Shown here in pieces: positions 46,154 to 56,137 of a stretch of DNA of 64,000 nucleotides (positions within the stretch are counted from its first letter, which is position 1; each line of letters opens with the position of its first letter). Both the position numbers and the translations under genes were made by a program. Source of the DNA: Planctomycetota bacterium (GTDB lineage Bacteria; Planctomycetota; MHYJ01; WSZJ01); NCBI GenBank assembly GCA_038060895.1, contig JBBTCT010000007.1:196023-260022 (forward strand), in the 5' to 3' direction. Below the pieces are notes generated by a model, which saw nothing but the letters and a program-made list of their open reading frames with translations, did not search any database and had not been told where the DNA came from.

Positions 46154-47773
46154 CTACTTCGCGTTCTTCTTCGAACGCCGGCGTACGAGCATCCAGAAGC
46201 CCAGCAGCAGGGGCGCTTCCATGCCCGTCAAACCGCACCGCTTGTGCTTGCTTCCGCCGCTGCTTTCGTTGAAGCCGGCGCCGTTGTCGTTATAGATGGT
46301 GCCGCCGCCACCGCCGCCGCCGCCACCGCCGCCGCCGGGAGGGCCACCCGAGCCCGTACCGGACTGGCATGTGATGTAAACAGGGAAGCTGCTGGGCGAA
46401 ACCGTCGTGGTGAAGACCAGGATGCCGTCAATGCCGTAGTTGTTGATGGTTCCAGTGCCGCCCGGGGGGCCCAGGTTGCAGAAGACGACTTCCGAATCAT
46501 CGTTGTCCACGGCGACGCCGTAGTGGACGGGCTCGGTGTCGAGGGCTGGAGTCGGGTCTGCGAAATACAGGAACGACTTGTCAGAAACCGTGGGCGATCC
46601 GGCAGGTGTGATCGAAGCGAAGACTTTGACTCCGATCGGGCCGTCCGTGGCAGGGGGCGGAACGCTCTGGTCCTGATCGGACACGTAACTCACGGTCGAG
46701 AACTTCGCGCAGTCGATCCCGACCGGGTACCAGAAGGGAGCGATCAGCGGCCCCAGCGGCGTGGCGGGATCAATGTTCGGCGGCACGACGCCAGCTTCCA
46801 CGGCCAGCGTTGTCGCATCAGCCAGCGTGTTGATGACCATGACGAAGCCGGGGGACGGCGGGGGCATGGCTCCCGGGATGTCCGGCTCGCCGTTGTTGGA
46901 AACGTAACAACGCGCGCCGCCCGAATCGTACGGAAGCGTACTGGGGCTGAACGTCAGGTAATGGCAATGATTGAACTCGGCCGAAGGAAGTTCCGTCACC
47001 GACAGCGTCGAGACGTAATCTCCGGCCACATCGATCGTGAATCCGTTCACCTGGCTGAGGTTGACGGGCGTCGGCCCGATGAACCCTTCGTTGTGCGAAG
47101 CAAAGTAAACCTTGGATGAATCCGGGGCAACGTCGATGCCCCACGGACGGACCACCCACGAAAGCACGCCTACAAACGGCGGCGTCACGATGGTTCCGAA
47201 TTCGCCGGCGAGGTCGCCCGATCCCGGGACGACGTCGGTCGTCAGCTTGTCCCCAGGGTTCGTAACCGGGGCAAAGCTATAGGTCAGGGTCGCTGCCGGA
47301 AGAGGAGTGATCTGCCGAGCGATGCGGATCGAGGAAGGCGTGGCGCCGCTGGGCAGACACGACACGTAGATGCGCGCTCCGGACGGGTGGAACTTGGGGA
47401 AGATGGCCCCCGGCGAGTCCCCCGCGATCGACGAATCCCGCATGTCGATCGTCTGGATGACCGAGTTATAGGTCGGGCTGCCCGGGAGGATGTCCACGAT
47501 GACGCAGAACGGGGCGTCACAGTAGGCAAGAATCGGACCTTCGCTGCTCGAGAAGACCAGCGAATCGATCCCGTAGGGCGCGCCGAACCCGTAGGTCGCG
47601 GAAACGCGCGGATCGACCGGAATCGTCACGATCGGCCCGATGACACCGGTGGCCGAGTCATAACTGAAAACTCCGGGAGTCAATCCCTGCTGCGTAAACC
47701 AGAAAATGTCCGCCTTGCTGGACCCCGCGGTCAGTGCGAGAGCCAGAAGCGTCAGAACGCTACGAATCCTCAC
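46154..47773 (-). CDS. Secreted beta-propeller (YncE-like) protein with poly-Gly linker and C-terminal Cys sorting signal
   Basis: Signal peptide; RPWGIDVAPDSSKVYF, LTFSP, YPVGID, YGVAVD blades; ends CGLTGMEAPLLLGFWMLVRRRSKK. Confidence 0.7.
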   Translation of the reverse strand: MRIRSVLTLLALALTAGSSKADIFWFTQQGLTPGVFSYDSATGVIGPIVTIPVDPRVSATYGFGAPYGIDSLVFSSSEGPILAYCDAPFCVIVDILPGSPTYNSVIQTIDMRDSSIAGDSPGAIFPKFHPSGARIYVSCLPSGATPSSIRIARQITPLPAATLTYSFAPVTNPGDKLTTDVVPGSGDLAGEFGTIVTPPFVGVLSWVVRPWGIDVAPDSSKVYFASHNEGFIGPTPVNLSQVNGFTIDVAGDYVSTLSVTELPSAEFNHCHYLTFSPSTLPYDSGGARCYVSNNGEPDIPGAMPPPSPGFVMVINTLADATTLAVEAGVVPPNIDPATPLGPLIAPFWYPVGIDCAKFSTVSYVSDQDQSVPPPATDGPIGVKVFASITPAGSPTVSDKSFLYFADPTPALDTEPVHYGVAVDNDDSEVVFCNLGPPGGTGTINNYGIDGILVFTTTVSPSSFPVYITCQSGTGSGGPPGGGGGGGGGGGGTIYNDNGAGFNESSGGSKHKRCGLTGMEAPLLLGFWMLVRRRSKKNAK

Positions 47774-47967
47774 TTCCCCTCCTTTCGCCCACCTCTGGGC
47801 AGATTAACCCTTTACAGGCTGTAAAGGGCAGGGCTTTGAAACCCTCTTTACCGAGCGTTTCCGGTCAGGATGATGATCTAAAGCAAGCCTCGTACCGCTC
47901 GGATTGGTGGCGGATTCTACAGGAAAAGGCAGGGAGTCAAGACGAAAATGACCCTACAATTGGACGC

Positions 47968-48876
47968 GTGAATCGAAGGGTCGTTACAGGGATGTTCATG
48001 GCGCTGGCCGCATGTTCCTGCGGCGGACCGCAACGCCGTGCGGACACTGGCCCCGAGCCGGGCCACACCAGGCTGACCGCGTTCGGCGATGTTTGTGAAG
48101 ACCCTTGCCCCGTCCAGGGAGGGATCCTCTTCGCCCGCCGCGCGCCTGGACGCACATTTCAAATCTGGGTTCTTCCGGATTCGGGGCCGGCACCACACGA
48201 AGAGCTGATCAGCGACGATGACTTGCGTGCGCCTGCAGCGTCCGCCGAAGGTCTTCTGGCATTTGCGGCAAACAAAGGAGGAACCTGGGATATCTTCACG
48301 ACCACTCCCGGGGCGCCGACAATTGCCGGAACCGACGCCGACGAGACCGGCCCGACCTGGGCGCCTGACGGCAAGCGGCTCGCCTGGGCGGCCTTCGATA
48401 GACGCGCCGCAGAATGGCGCCTCCGGATCGGGGACGGATCAGGAGAGGCGCGTGAGCTGGGAGCCGGGTTCGCGCCCGCGTGGCATCCGACCGAGGACCG
48501 GATCGCCTGCCAGAGAACCCGGCACGGCGACCGCCTCTGGAGCGTCGTGATCATCGATGTCGCCTCAGGCCGCGCAACGGAACCGTGGCCTGAACCGGGC
48601 CGCGGCGCAATCACGCCGTCCTGGTCGCGCGACGGCCAATGGATCTTCTTCGCGGCCCGCATCGAATCCCCGGAGCAGGACGAACCGCAGTTCGACGGTC
48701 TCTGGGCCGTCTCCGCGGATGGAGCGAAGCGCGTGCGCCTGACCGCAGCGAATGTTGAATCGTTCAGCCCGCGCGAAACGTCCGACGGCCGAATCGTTTA
48801 CTGCAGACGAGAAGGAACTGCGGTCGAGCTCTGGTCCTTCAAGTCGCCGCTCGCTCGCGCAGAACAACCGAAGTAA
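47968..48876 (+). CDS. TolB-like (PD40 repeat) lipoprotein
   Basis: GTG start, LAAC lipobox, PTWAPDGKRLA, PAWHP, PSWSRDGQWI. Confidence 0.8.
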   Translation: MNRRVVTGMFMALAACSCGGPQRRADTGPEPGHTRLTAFGDVCEDPCPVQGGILFARRAPGRTFQIWVLPDSGPAPHEELISDDDLRAPAASAEGLLAFAANKGGTWDIFTTTPGAPTIAGTDADETGPTWAPDGKRLAWAAFDRRAAEWRLRIGDGSGEARELGAGFAPAWHPTEDRIACQRTRHGDRLWSVVIIDVASGRATEPWPEPGRGAITPSWSRDGQWIFFAARIESPEQDEPQFDGLWAVSADGAKRVRLTAANVESFSPRETSDGRIVYCRREGTAVELWSFKSPLARAEQPK

Positions 48877-48895
48877 CCGAAGCAGTTGCCTTTCG

Positions 48896-49025
48896 CGGCC
48901 GAAGCGCCGACCGGGGTGCTCTTTTTGTGTGGATCTTGATTTCTCACGAGGGGCGCGGCCGTTCGTGCCCCTCGTGAGAAATCAAGAGCCACACAAAAAG
49001 AGGACCCCGGTCGGCGCTTCGGCCG
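48896..49025. repeat. Near-perfect 62-bp inverted repeat (MITE/REP-like hairpin)
   Basis: Arms 48896-48957 and 48964-49025 match at 59/62 positions with a 6-nt loop. Confidence 0.92.
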
Positions 49026-49215
49026 AACCGGGGTCCATTCGGAGAGGGGCGAGTTTGAGGGCCGAAGCGGGCGCCGTCCTGCGTCATTCCCGGTTTCCCG
49101 CGCGTCACCGGCCACGCATTACATATCGGCGCCTAAACCGGTCGGCCTGAGGCAATTCCATCATTCTGGCCGATGTTTTTTTTGACAGTCGCGTCGCCGT
49201 TCGCCAACTTCCCCG

Positions 49216-49632
49216 CTACCCCGTTCGCACCACCCGCGCGCTGTCCTCTTCCGACGATGCCCCCGCCCGCAGCGCAGCCACCGCTTCCCCGAACATTCCC
49301 CTCAGCTTTCCGAGGATCGCCAGCGCCTCTTCGGCCGGCGCCGCCGTCCCGTCGAGGTTGGCCGCCACGAGGCGTCGGTAGACGAACATGTAGAGGCCCG
49401 CGAGATTGCGGCGAAGCGCCGGGTCGAGGCCGGGGTCAAGCGCCGCGGACAGTTCGAGCGCGATGGCCTGGGCGCGAAGGTAGAGGGGCGAGGCGCCCGG
49501 ACGGTCTCCCGCGGCGGTTTTCTCGCGCGCCTGGGTGGCGAAGCGGATGGCGCCGTCGAGAAGCATGAGCAGCAGCTTTTCCTTGGGAGCGGTGAGGACC
49601 TGGGTTTCGAGATAACGCCTCGCTTCGTTCAC
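49216..49632 (-). CDS. fliS: Flagellin export chaperone FliS
   Basis: YLETQVLTAPKEKLLLMLLDGAIRF, NLAGLYMF..RRLVAAN. Confidence 0.93.
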   Translation of the reverse strand: MNEARRYLETQVLTAPKEKLLLMLLDGAIRFATQAREKTAAGDRPGASPLYLRAQAIALELSAALDPGLDPALRRNLAGLYMFVYRRLVAANLDGTAAPAEEALAILGKLRGMFGEAVAALRAGASSEEDSARVVRTG

Positions 49633-52600
49633 CGCGAACCTCCCGAACGCATGGACTGGAGAAGCGGGGCCAGGGACGCGTTGAGGAGCGCCAGGGTCGC
49701 GTTGTTCTGAGAGAGGAATTCCTCGAGCGCGGCGAACCGGCGGGTGAGACGGTCGACAGTGTCCTGGACGCGCTTCTCGGCGGTCTCGATGTCCTCGCGC
49801 AGGCTCTCGATCGTGCTCTCGATCCCGGTCGTCTTGCGGGAAATCAGCCCGTCAGGTGAAGTTGCGAGAGTGTCGAGCCCCTCCACCGCCCTGCGCGCGG
49901 CCCCGGGGTCGCGCGTGAGATCCACGGGGGCGCCTGTCAGAAGGGGCGCGCCGTCAACCGCCTGTTGGAGGCCAAGCTGCGCCGCGGCGGGCGACCCGCC
50001 GAGCGGTTCGAGGCGGAAGGAGGCTGCGCCGGCCGTCGCGTCGGAGAGCTGGATCGAACGGCCGTCGGGGGAAATCGATGCCAGGAGGGAGCCGGTGTTT
50101 TCAGCGTCGGTGTTGATGCGGTCCAGAAGCTGCGAGACGGACTTGACGCCAGCGAGCGAGACGGAGACCGAGGTGCCGTCGTGAAGGGTGACCTTGAAAT
50201 CGTCGCCGCTTGAATTGCGGGAGACGCCCAGGCCGTTGCGGAAGTCCGCGAGCTTCGTATCGAGCGCGAGCGTGCGGCCGGCGCTGAAGAAGTCGCGGAC
50301 CTGGTCGGGAGTCGAGGCGAGCGCCGCGTCGAGCTTCGTTTCATTCACGGAAAAGCGGCCGTCCTGCCCGAGTTCGAGGCCGAGCGTCGCGAAATCACGG
50401 ATGCTCCCCGAAGGAAGCCCCGTCACGGGTCGATTGAACAGGTCGTAGAGCGCGCGGTCGGCGGCGCGGAGCGTGGGGTCTCCGAAGAGGGGGCCCGCGG
50501 AATTGGTCGCCGTGTCGAAGGAGCCAAGCTGGTCGATGAGGTCGGCGGCCGCGTTGAACGCGGACGCCAGGTCTTTGACGGCTTCCTTGACGGCTGAGGT
50601 GTCGGCATTCACGGCGACGCTGACCGGCCCGCCAGGGCCGCGGAGGTCGAGCGTCAGCCCGGGAGCGGCGCCCGTGACGGTATTCCCCGGGGACTGGATG
50701 AGCGCGGTGCTGGAACCGCTTCCGGTCAGCACTTGCGCGTCCTGGCCCGCGGCGAGGAGGCCCATCGTGAGGCTGCCGACGTTGGTATCGACGACGACGC
50801 GGCCGCGGGAACCAGGCTGTGTGGAAATGAGGGAGAGGCGGAAAGGCGTGCCCAGGGAGCCGTCCGAGACGGCGGCGGCGCTGATGGGGATGCCGAGGGC
50901 GTTGAGGCGGGTGACGACGGCGTTGAGGGAGTCGCCGGAGGAAATGGCGGCGCGGATCTCGAAGGTGCCGTCGAGCGTCCCGGGGGACGAGAGCGGAGCG
51001 ACGCCGAGGAGGCGCAGGTCGCGCGCGGTCCGTCCGCCCGCGACCTCGTCGACGCGGATCGCCCCGGCGCCGGCCGCCTGCGACAGGAGGATTCCGTCAC
51101 CGGCGTCGTCGATGCGGGCGCGGAGGGAGGAGCCCACCGAAGAAGCGGCGGCGTTGATCTCGTCGACGACGTCGAACACGGTGTCGTCGTCGGACTGCGA
51201 AAGATCCACCGTGAAGGAAGTGCCGGTGCGATCCGTGACTCGAATCTTCCCGGCCATGACGCCGCTCCCGGCATTGAGCGCGGCAAGCGGCGTGTTGTCG
51301 GTGAGAAGCGCGGGATCCGTGTCGGCGCCCGGGATCCGCGCGGGATCCGAGCCGAGGCGGAACGCGTCGCCGGCGAGGGCGCCGGCGGCGAGGGGATCGC
51401 CGGAGAGAGTGAGGTTCCCCGTCGAGGCATCGAAGGCGGTCACGGTGAAGGAAGTCCCCGCCGCCGCGCCGGTCGTGAACGTGAGCGACTGGTTGACGAA
51501 GGTCGAGGAGTCCATGCCCGTCAGGTCGGCCGAAGACACCGAAGTCGCGGTCACGGAGCCGGCCGTCGAAGCGCTCACGAGCCCGAGATCCCGCGCGGTC
51601 GTCGAACCCGCTTCGGAAACCGCCAGCGACCCCGCGCCTCCCGCGAGATCGAGGAGCACGAGGCCGTTGCCCTCGGTGTTGAAGCGCGCTTCGAAAAGGC
51701 CCGTTCCCGCGCGGTTGATTTCCGCGACGACGGCGTTGACGGTTTCGCGGGACCGGAAAGCCCCTGCGCCGCCGACTGCGGCGACGGGGGCAGTGAACGT
51801 CACGTCGAACGCTCCGCCGCCGGCGGCAGTAGTGCTCTCGACCACCGCATACTCGTTGACGGCGCCGTCGGAGAGGCGGAGGACCATGCCGGCGCGGATA
51901 TCGGCGCCTCCGGCGATCGTGAGCGTGTCGGCGGAGACGACGCCCGTGACGGCAGTGCGGTAACGTCCGGAGAGGTCGACGGAGGTCGAGCCGCCGGCCG
52001 TGTCTCCGATGGAGATTGAACCGCCGGTGACTCCCTGGATGTCGGTCGCCGCGGGAACGGACCCGTCCGGATAACAGAGGGAGGAGCCGCCGTTGAGCGT
52101 CCGGGCAAGCAGCCCGTTGAGATCGCCGATGAGGCGCGCACCGGCGAGGAAATTGCGCCCGGCGCCCGCCGACGGATCGCCCGCGAGTTCGCTCGAAACG
52201 AGAAGTCCCAGGTCGAGAGCGGCGTTCGAGCCGGCAGCCGCCGTGACCGTGAGGTTCCCCGCGCCCCCTGCCGTGTCGGTCAGCTGGATCGCGTTCCCTT
52301 CGGCGTTGAGCGCCGCCGTCACCGCGCCGCCGGTCGCCGCCGTGATCGCCGCCATCACATCGCCGACCGTCGCCGCGCCCGCGATTTCCACCGCATACGC
52401 AGTTCCGTCCGTCGAGGTCACCGTGAAATCCGTCCCCGCCTTCTGGCGAACGCCGGCGCCGTCGTTGAGAAGTGCCAGCTTCGTCGCCGCCGTGACGTGA
52501 TTCACGTTTGCGCCGAAGCGCGTTTCGCCGGCCGCGAGCGTTCCGGTCAGCCCCAGGTCCGAGGCCGTGGAGTCCCCTGCACCGTCCAGCACTTCCAGCG

Positions 52601-53237
52601 ACCCGGTCCCACCGTACGCCAGGACAACGCGATCGCCCTCGACGCGGGCCGTCACCGGCATCCCCGCCGCATTCAAGCCGTCCACCACATCCTGCACGCC
52701 CGCTGCCGCCCGAAGATCCACCGACGCCGTCGTCGTCGTCGCCCCCACGGTCTGACGGAGGAGGACCATTCCCCGGTCCACCCCGGCGCCGGCATTCAGG
52801 GAATCCAGCGGCGTGTTCCGCGACAGCCCCTGCCCTCCCAGCTCGATCGAAATCTCCCCCGAGACCCCGAGCGCCGCAGTCGCACTCGCAAACCCACCGC
52901 TCCTCAACTGCTGCGCCTGCGCGAGCCGCTTCACCTCGAACAGGTACGACCCGGAAACGCCCCCGTTCGAAGTCGCCAGGAGCACCATTTCGTTGGAGCT
53001 GGACGCCGATGTGCGGCCGAAAAGCGAAGAATCGGCGAGAGGAGAAGCAGCCGTCTGAACGCCGAGCAGGGCGCTGGCGAGGTCCATGTAGGCCGCCTGC
53101 TTCGCGGTCTGGGTCGTGACGCGGTTCTCTAGCGTCTGGACGGAGCGTCGCTGAAGAGACGTCAGCGCGTCGATGACCGCGCCGAGGTCCAGTCCGCTGG
53201 ACGCTCCGCTGAAGCTGAGGCCGGTCACGCTCGCCAT
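49629..53237 (-). CDS. fliD: Flagellar filament cap protein FliD, greatly enlarged (1202 aa)
   Basis: SGASSGLDLGAVIDAL, VKRLAQAQQ, GQDA, GPLFGDPTL, RLTRRFAALE. Confidence 0.93.
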   Translation of the reverse strand: MASVTGLSFSGASSGLDLGAVIDALTSLQRRSVQTLENRVTTQTAKQAAYMDLASALLGVQTAASPLADSSLFGRTSASSSNEMVLLATSNGGVSGSYLFEVKRLAQAQQLRSGGFASATAALGVSGEISIELGGQGLSRNTPLDSLNAGAGVDRGMVLLRQTVGATTTTASVDLRAAAGVQDVVDGLNAAGMPVTARVEGDRVVLAYGGTGSLEVLDGAGDSTASDLGLTGTLAAGETRFGANVNHVTAATKLALLNDGAGVRQKAGTDFTVTSTDGTAYAVEIAGAATVGDVMAAITAATGGAVTAALNAEGNAIQLTDTAGGAGNLTVTAAAGSNAALDLGLLVSSELAGDPSAGAGRNFLAGARLIGDLNGLLARTLNGGSSLCYPDGSVPAATDIQGVTGGSISIGDTAGGSTSVDLSGRYRTAVTGVVSADTLTIAGGADIRAGMVLRLSDGAVNEYAVVESTTAAGGGAFDVTFTAPVAAVGGAGAFRSRETVNAVVAEINRAGTGLFEARFNTEGNGLVLLDLAGGAGSLAVSEAGSTTARDLGLVSASTAGSVTATSVSSADLTGMDSSTFVNQSLTFTTGAAAGTSFTVTAFDASTGNLTLSGDPLAAGALAGDAFRLGSDPARIPGADTDPALLTDNTPLAALNAGSGVMAGKIRVTDRTGTSFTVDLSQSDDDTVFDVVDEINAAASSVGSSLRARIDDAGDGILLSQAAGAGAIRVDEVAGGRTARDLRLLGVAPLSSPGTLDGTFEIRAAISSGDSLNAVVTRLNALGIPISAAAVSDGSLGTPFRLSLISTQPGSRGRVVVDTNVGSLTMGLLAAGQDAQVLTGSGSSTALIQSPGNTVTGAAPGLTLDLRGPGGPVSVAVNADTSAVKEAVKDLASAFNAAADLIDQLGSFDTATNSAGPLFGDPTLRAADRALYDLFNRPVTGLPSGSIRDFATLGLELGQDGRFSVNETKLDAALASTPDQVRDFFSAGRTLALDTKLADFRNGLGVSRNSSGDDFKVTLHDGTSVSVSLAGVKSVSQLLDRINTDAENTGSLLASISPDGRSIQLSDATAGAASFRLEPLGGSPAAAQLGLQQAVDGAPLLTGAPVDLTRDPGAARRAVEGLDTLATSPDGLISRKTTGIESTIESLREDIETAEKRVQDTVDRLTRRFAALEEFLSQNNATLALLNASLAPLLQSMRSGGSR

Positions 53238-53597
53238 CTAGGCCACCTCGTCAAAGAGGATGCCGATCGACCGCTCCAGTGCGGCGCGGAAGTCAAGCAA
53301 CTGCTCCGGCGGCACGGTCTTGAGCACCTTGTTGGTGCTCGGGTCCAGCACGCGCACGTAGAACTCCCCGCTCGCCTCGTGGATCCCGAACCGCAGGTCG
53401 ACGGACTGGCGCGCGGCCCGCGCGTTGGCCTGCTCTATCGCGGCCTTGATCCCTTCCGCCACTCCCGGCGTCGGCTTCGGCTCAGGCGCGGGCGGCTCCC
53501 GCGGGGTCGCCGGCGGCCGTGCAAACAAAACCCCCGTCAGCTCGCCAAACGTCGTCGGCTGCGGGGCCTGCGACCTGATGGAAAAGTTTTCAGTCAT
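53238..53597 (-). CDS. flaG: Flagellar protein FlaG
   Basis: LRFGIHEASGEFYVRVLD...VLKTVPPEQLL...GILFD. Confidence 0.9.
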   Translation of the reverse strand: MTENFSIRSQAPQPTTFGELTGVLFARPPATPREPPAPEPKPTPGVAEGIKAAIEQANARAARQSVDLRFGIHEASGEFYVRVLDPSTNKVLKTVPPEQLLDFRAALERSIGILFDEVA

Positions 53598-53625
53598 GGC
53601 TCTCTTCCTTACGAGTTCTTTTCAG

Positions 53626-53668
53626 CCGGAAGAGGCGGCCCGCCCGGATCTGCGGGCCGCCCTTCCGG
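53626..53668 (-). other. Hairpin directly after fliC without U tail (possible mRNA-stabilising or attenuating stem)
   Basis: ccggaag-aggcggcccgc / gcgggccgcc-cttccgg. Confidence 0.55.
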
Positions 53669-53673
53669 TGGAT

Positions 53674-55122
53674 TTACTGCAGCAGCGTCAGCACGGTCTG
53701 CGGAATCAGGTTGGCGCTTCCGAGGACCGAGATGCCGGCCTGGAAGAGGACCTGGGTCCGTGTGAACTCTGCGGTTTCGGCAGCGAAGTCGAGGTCACGG
53801 ATGCTGCTTTCGGCCGCGGTGATGTTCTCGATGGAGACCTCGAGGTTGTTGAGATTAGGCTCGAGGTTGAAGGACTGGAGTGCGCCGAGGAACCCGCGGA
53901 GGCCGGTGATCTGGCTCACCGCCGCGTCGATGATCTTGAGCGCGTTGGCGGGGTTCTTGGTGAGGTCGTTGGCTCCTCCGGTCGTCAGCGACGACAGGAA
54001 GCCGCCCTCGGTCACCGCAGAACCTGCGGCCGCGGTGCCCAGAACGTCGGAGCGGGTGTCAAAACCGAGCTTGGAAGAGCTGATGTCCCGGATCCCGAGG
54101 GCGATCCGGTCGGTGGGCGAAGCAGTCTCGTTCACCTGGAACTCGACGCCGGAATTGGCAATCGTGAGGAACGTCGCGATGGGGCCGACGAGCGTCGCCG
54201 GAGTAATGTCGACGTCCGCGCTGAGATTGCCGGTGTTGATGGAGAAGTGCAGGCCCTTGCCGACGAACGACTGGCCGTCGACGAGAAGCACGCCGTCAAC
54301 GCCCGCAGTGCCGGTGTTGGACCCGGCTGCCAGGCCGCCGACCACGCCGGACAGCACTTCGATGTTGATGAACTGTTCCGATCCGAAGCCTTCGCTGGCA
54401 GCGGTGCCGGGCACGCTCATGTACACGCCAGTTTCCTGCGCGACGGCGTCGATGGCATCCTCGACGTCCGCTGCGGCAGTTGCGCCGGCAAACGTGATCT
54501 CACGGCTGCCCAGTTCCCCCGTCACGCGAATCGTCGCGGCTCCAACCGTCGCGCCGACGCCCGCCACCGTCCGCTGCGTCCCGTCGACCGTATAGCTGGC
54601 CGCAAACGTCCGGGACGTCGTGCCCGGCGCAAACGCCACGCGCCGGAGATCCAGGTTCTGGATCGCCGCCGACTGCGCCGTGACGTCGTAGCCTTTCGAA
54701 CCGTTCAGAAGCGACCCATCCGCAAAGCGGGTCGTCTGGGAAATCCGGTTGATTGCCGAAATCGCCTGGTCCACGCTGGCCTGTTCCGCCGCCACCTGGT
54801 CGGGGCTGGAAGCGCCGGTGTTGAGAGCAAAAATCGCGCTCTGCCGGATGTCGTTGAGCAAGTCGCTGGCCTGCTGAAGCGCGGCGTCCGCCGTGCCGAT
54901 CATGTTCGTCGCGTTCTGCGTGTTCTCAGACGCCTGCCTCAGGCCGGAGAGCTGGCCGCGAAGCTGTTCCGAGATGACGAGTCCGGACGGGTCGTCGGAA
55001 GCGCGGTTGATGCGGAGGCCGGTCGAAAGCCTCTCGAGGGACGTCTGCTGGGCCTGGTCGGTCTGGCGCAGGTTCTTCAGCGCGCGGATCGCGGCCAGGT
55101 TCGTATTGATACGAAGCGTCAT
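53674..55122 (-). CDS. fliC: Flagellin
   Basis: MTLRINTN, LERLSTGLRINRASDDPSGL, ENITAAESSIRDLDFAAE, QAGISVL. Confidence 0.97.
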   Translation of the reverse strand: MTLRINTNLAAIRALKNLRQTDQAQQTSLERLSTGLRINRASDDPSGLVISEQLRGQLSGLRQASENTQNATNMIGTADAALQQASDLLNDIRQSAIFALNTGASSPDQVAAEQASVDQAISAINRISQTTRFADGSLLNGSKGYDVTAQSAAIQNLDLRRVAFAPGTTSRTFAASYTVDGTQRTVAGVGATVGAATIRVTGELGSREITFAGATAAADVEDAIDAVAQETGVYMSVPGTAASEGFGSEQFINIEVLSGVVGGLAAGSNTGTAGVDGVLLVDGQSFVGKGLHFSINTGNLSADVDITPATLVGPIATFLTIANSGVEFQVNETASPTDRIALGIRDISSSKLGFDTRSDVLGTAAAGSAVTEGGFLSSLTTGGANDLTKNPANALKIIDAAVSQITGLRGFLGALQSFNLEPNLNNLEVSIENITAAESSIRDLDFAAETAEFTRTQVLFQAGISVLGSANLIPQTVLTLLQ

Positions 55123-55126
55123 TGTT

Positions 55127-55165
55127 CATCCTCCGTGATGTGTTGAATCCGGGGCATCCATGCCC
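55127..55165 (-). promoter_or_regulatory. Two CsrA-binding hairpins in the flagellin leader, one overlapping the SD
   Basis: Minus strand GGGCA-UGGA-UGCCC (55152-55165) and CAUC-ACGGAG-GAUG (55127-55140); csrA and fliW are adjacent. Confidence 0.75.
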
Positions 55166-55300
55166 GCGGGGGTTGCCGGAAAAGCGGTCCGGGCGGCCGG
55201 GACGGCGGTGAAGGCACCTCCTCCTTTAAGGGGATCTGGCCGGAGGGTACCAAATCCCCTGGGGGGTGGTGGAAGCGCGATTTTTCGGCGTCCCCGGAAT

Positions 55301-55570
55301 TCATGGTTTGGGGCCTGGCGCCGGCGGGGGCGCAGGGCCGTTCTTTTGCTTCTTCTTGAAAAGTTCCGCGGCCGCCGCGACATCCTTTGAGTCCGCGGCC
55401 GCAATGTTCGCATCACGAAGCGCCAGCCACACTTCCTTGCGGTGGACCGGTACGCTGGGCGGGGCGGCGATCCCGAGCTTCACTTTGTCGCCCTTGACCT
55501 CGAGCACGGTCACCTCGATCCCGTCCCCGATGATGATCGCCTCATCCTTGCCGCGAGTCAGGACTAGCAT
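55301..55570 (-). CDS. csrA: Carbon storage regulator CsrA
   Basis: [47 protein letters not shown]. Confidence 0.96.
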   Translation of the reverse strand: MLVLTRGKDEAIIIGDGIEVTVLEVKGDKVKLGIAAPPSVPVHRKEVWLALRDANIAAADSKDVAAAAELFKKKQKNGPAPPPAPGPKP

Positions 55571-56004
55571 GGCGCGGCCGCCCCGAAGACCGGGACGCGC
55601 GTAAACGCGACCGGCTTCGCAAGGACGAGCTGGCGGGCAAGCATGGTGCCGGGGTTGAAGATGAGCGGGCCAAGAAGGTTGGCGGTCGTGAGTTTCGGGT
55701 CGGAGGGAACGGTCAGGATCGCGAGGACGAAGCCCTTCGCGACGTCTGCGAGCCCGATCGGCGCGAGATCTTCCGCCTTTACGACGACCGTGTAATCCGG
55801 CGCGAAGAGCAGAGGGTCGCACGTGACCAGCGCCAGTTCGGGCTTGTCCGCGGACTGGAGCCACTGGAACGGAGCGCCGCCGGGGTCGGGGAGGAGGACG
55901 AAGCGGGAGGCCCCCGGGAATCCGGGGAGGCCCGAGGGGAAGGTGTAGACGTCGGCTTCCGCAATGGGGATGGGACCGAAACGGCGTGTGGGGAGGGTTG
56001 GCAT
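55564..56004 (-). CDS. fliW: Flagellar assembly factor FliW
   Basis: [30 protein letters not shown]...ARQLVL. Confidence 0.95.
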   Translation of the reverse strand: MPTLPTRRFGPIPIAEADVYTFPSGLPGFPGASRFVLLPDPGGAPFQWLQSADKPELALVTCDPLLFAPDYTVVVKAEDLAPIGLADVAKGFVLAILTVPSDPKLTTANLLGPLIFNPGTMLARQLVLAKPVAFTRVPVFGAAAPC

Positions 56005-56029
56005 GGGGTGAATTTAATTGGTGGAACGA

Positions 56030-56115
56030 CAAATCCCAACTCCAACCCCAACTTCAAATTCAACGCTGGCTCGACCGCTGCCGCCCGCCGCGGTGCCCTG
56101 TTGGGATTTGGGTTC
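56030..56115. repeat. Short-period palindromic repeat (family of 11314 and 13060)
   Basis: caaatcccaactccaaccccaac...gttgggatttgg. Confidence 0.75.
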
Positions 56116-56137
56116 ATTCGCTCTTCCGTTCACGCGA

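Noticed and set aside
55200-55310. Sigma28 promoter for fliC
   Set aside because: TAAAGG and GCCGAAAA elements are present but not at a convincing spacing to a partner box.
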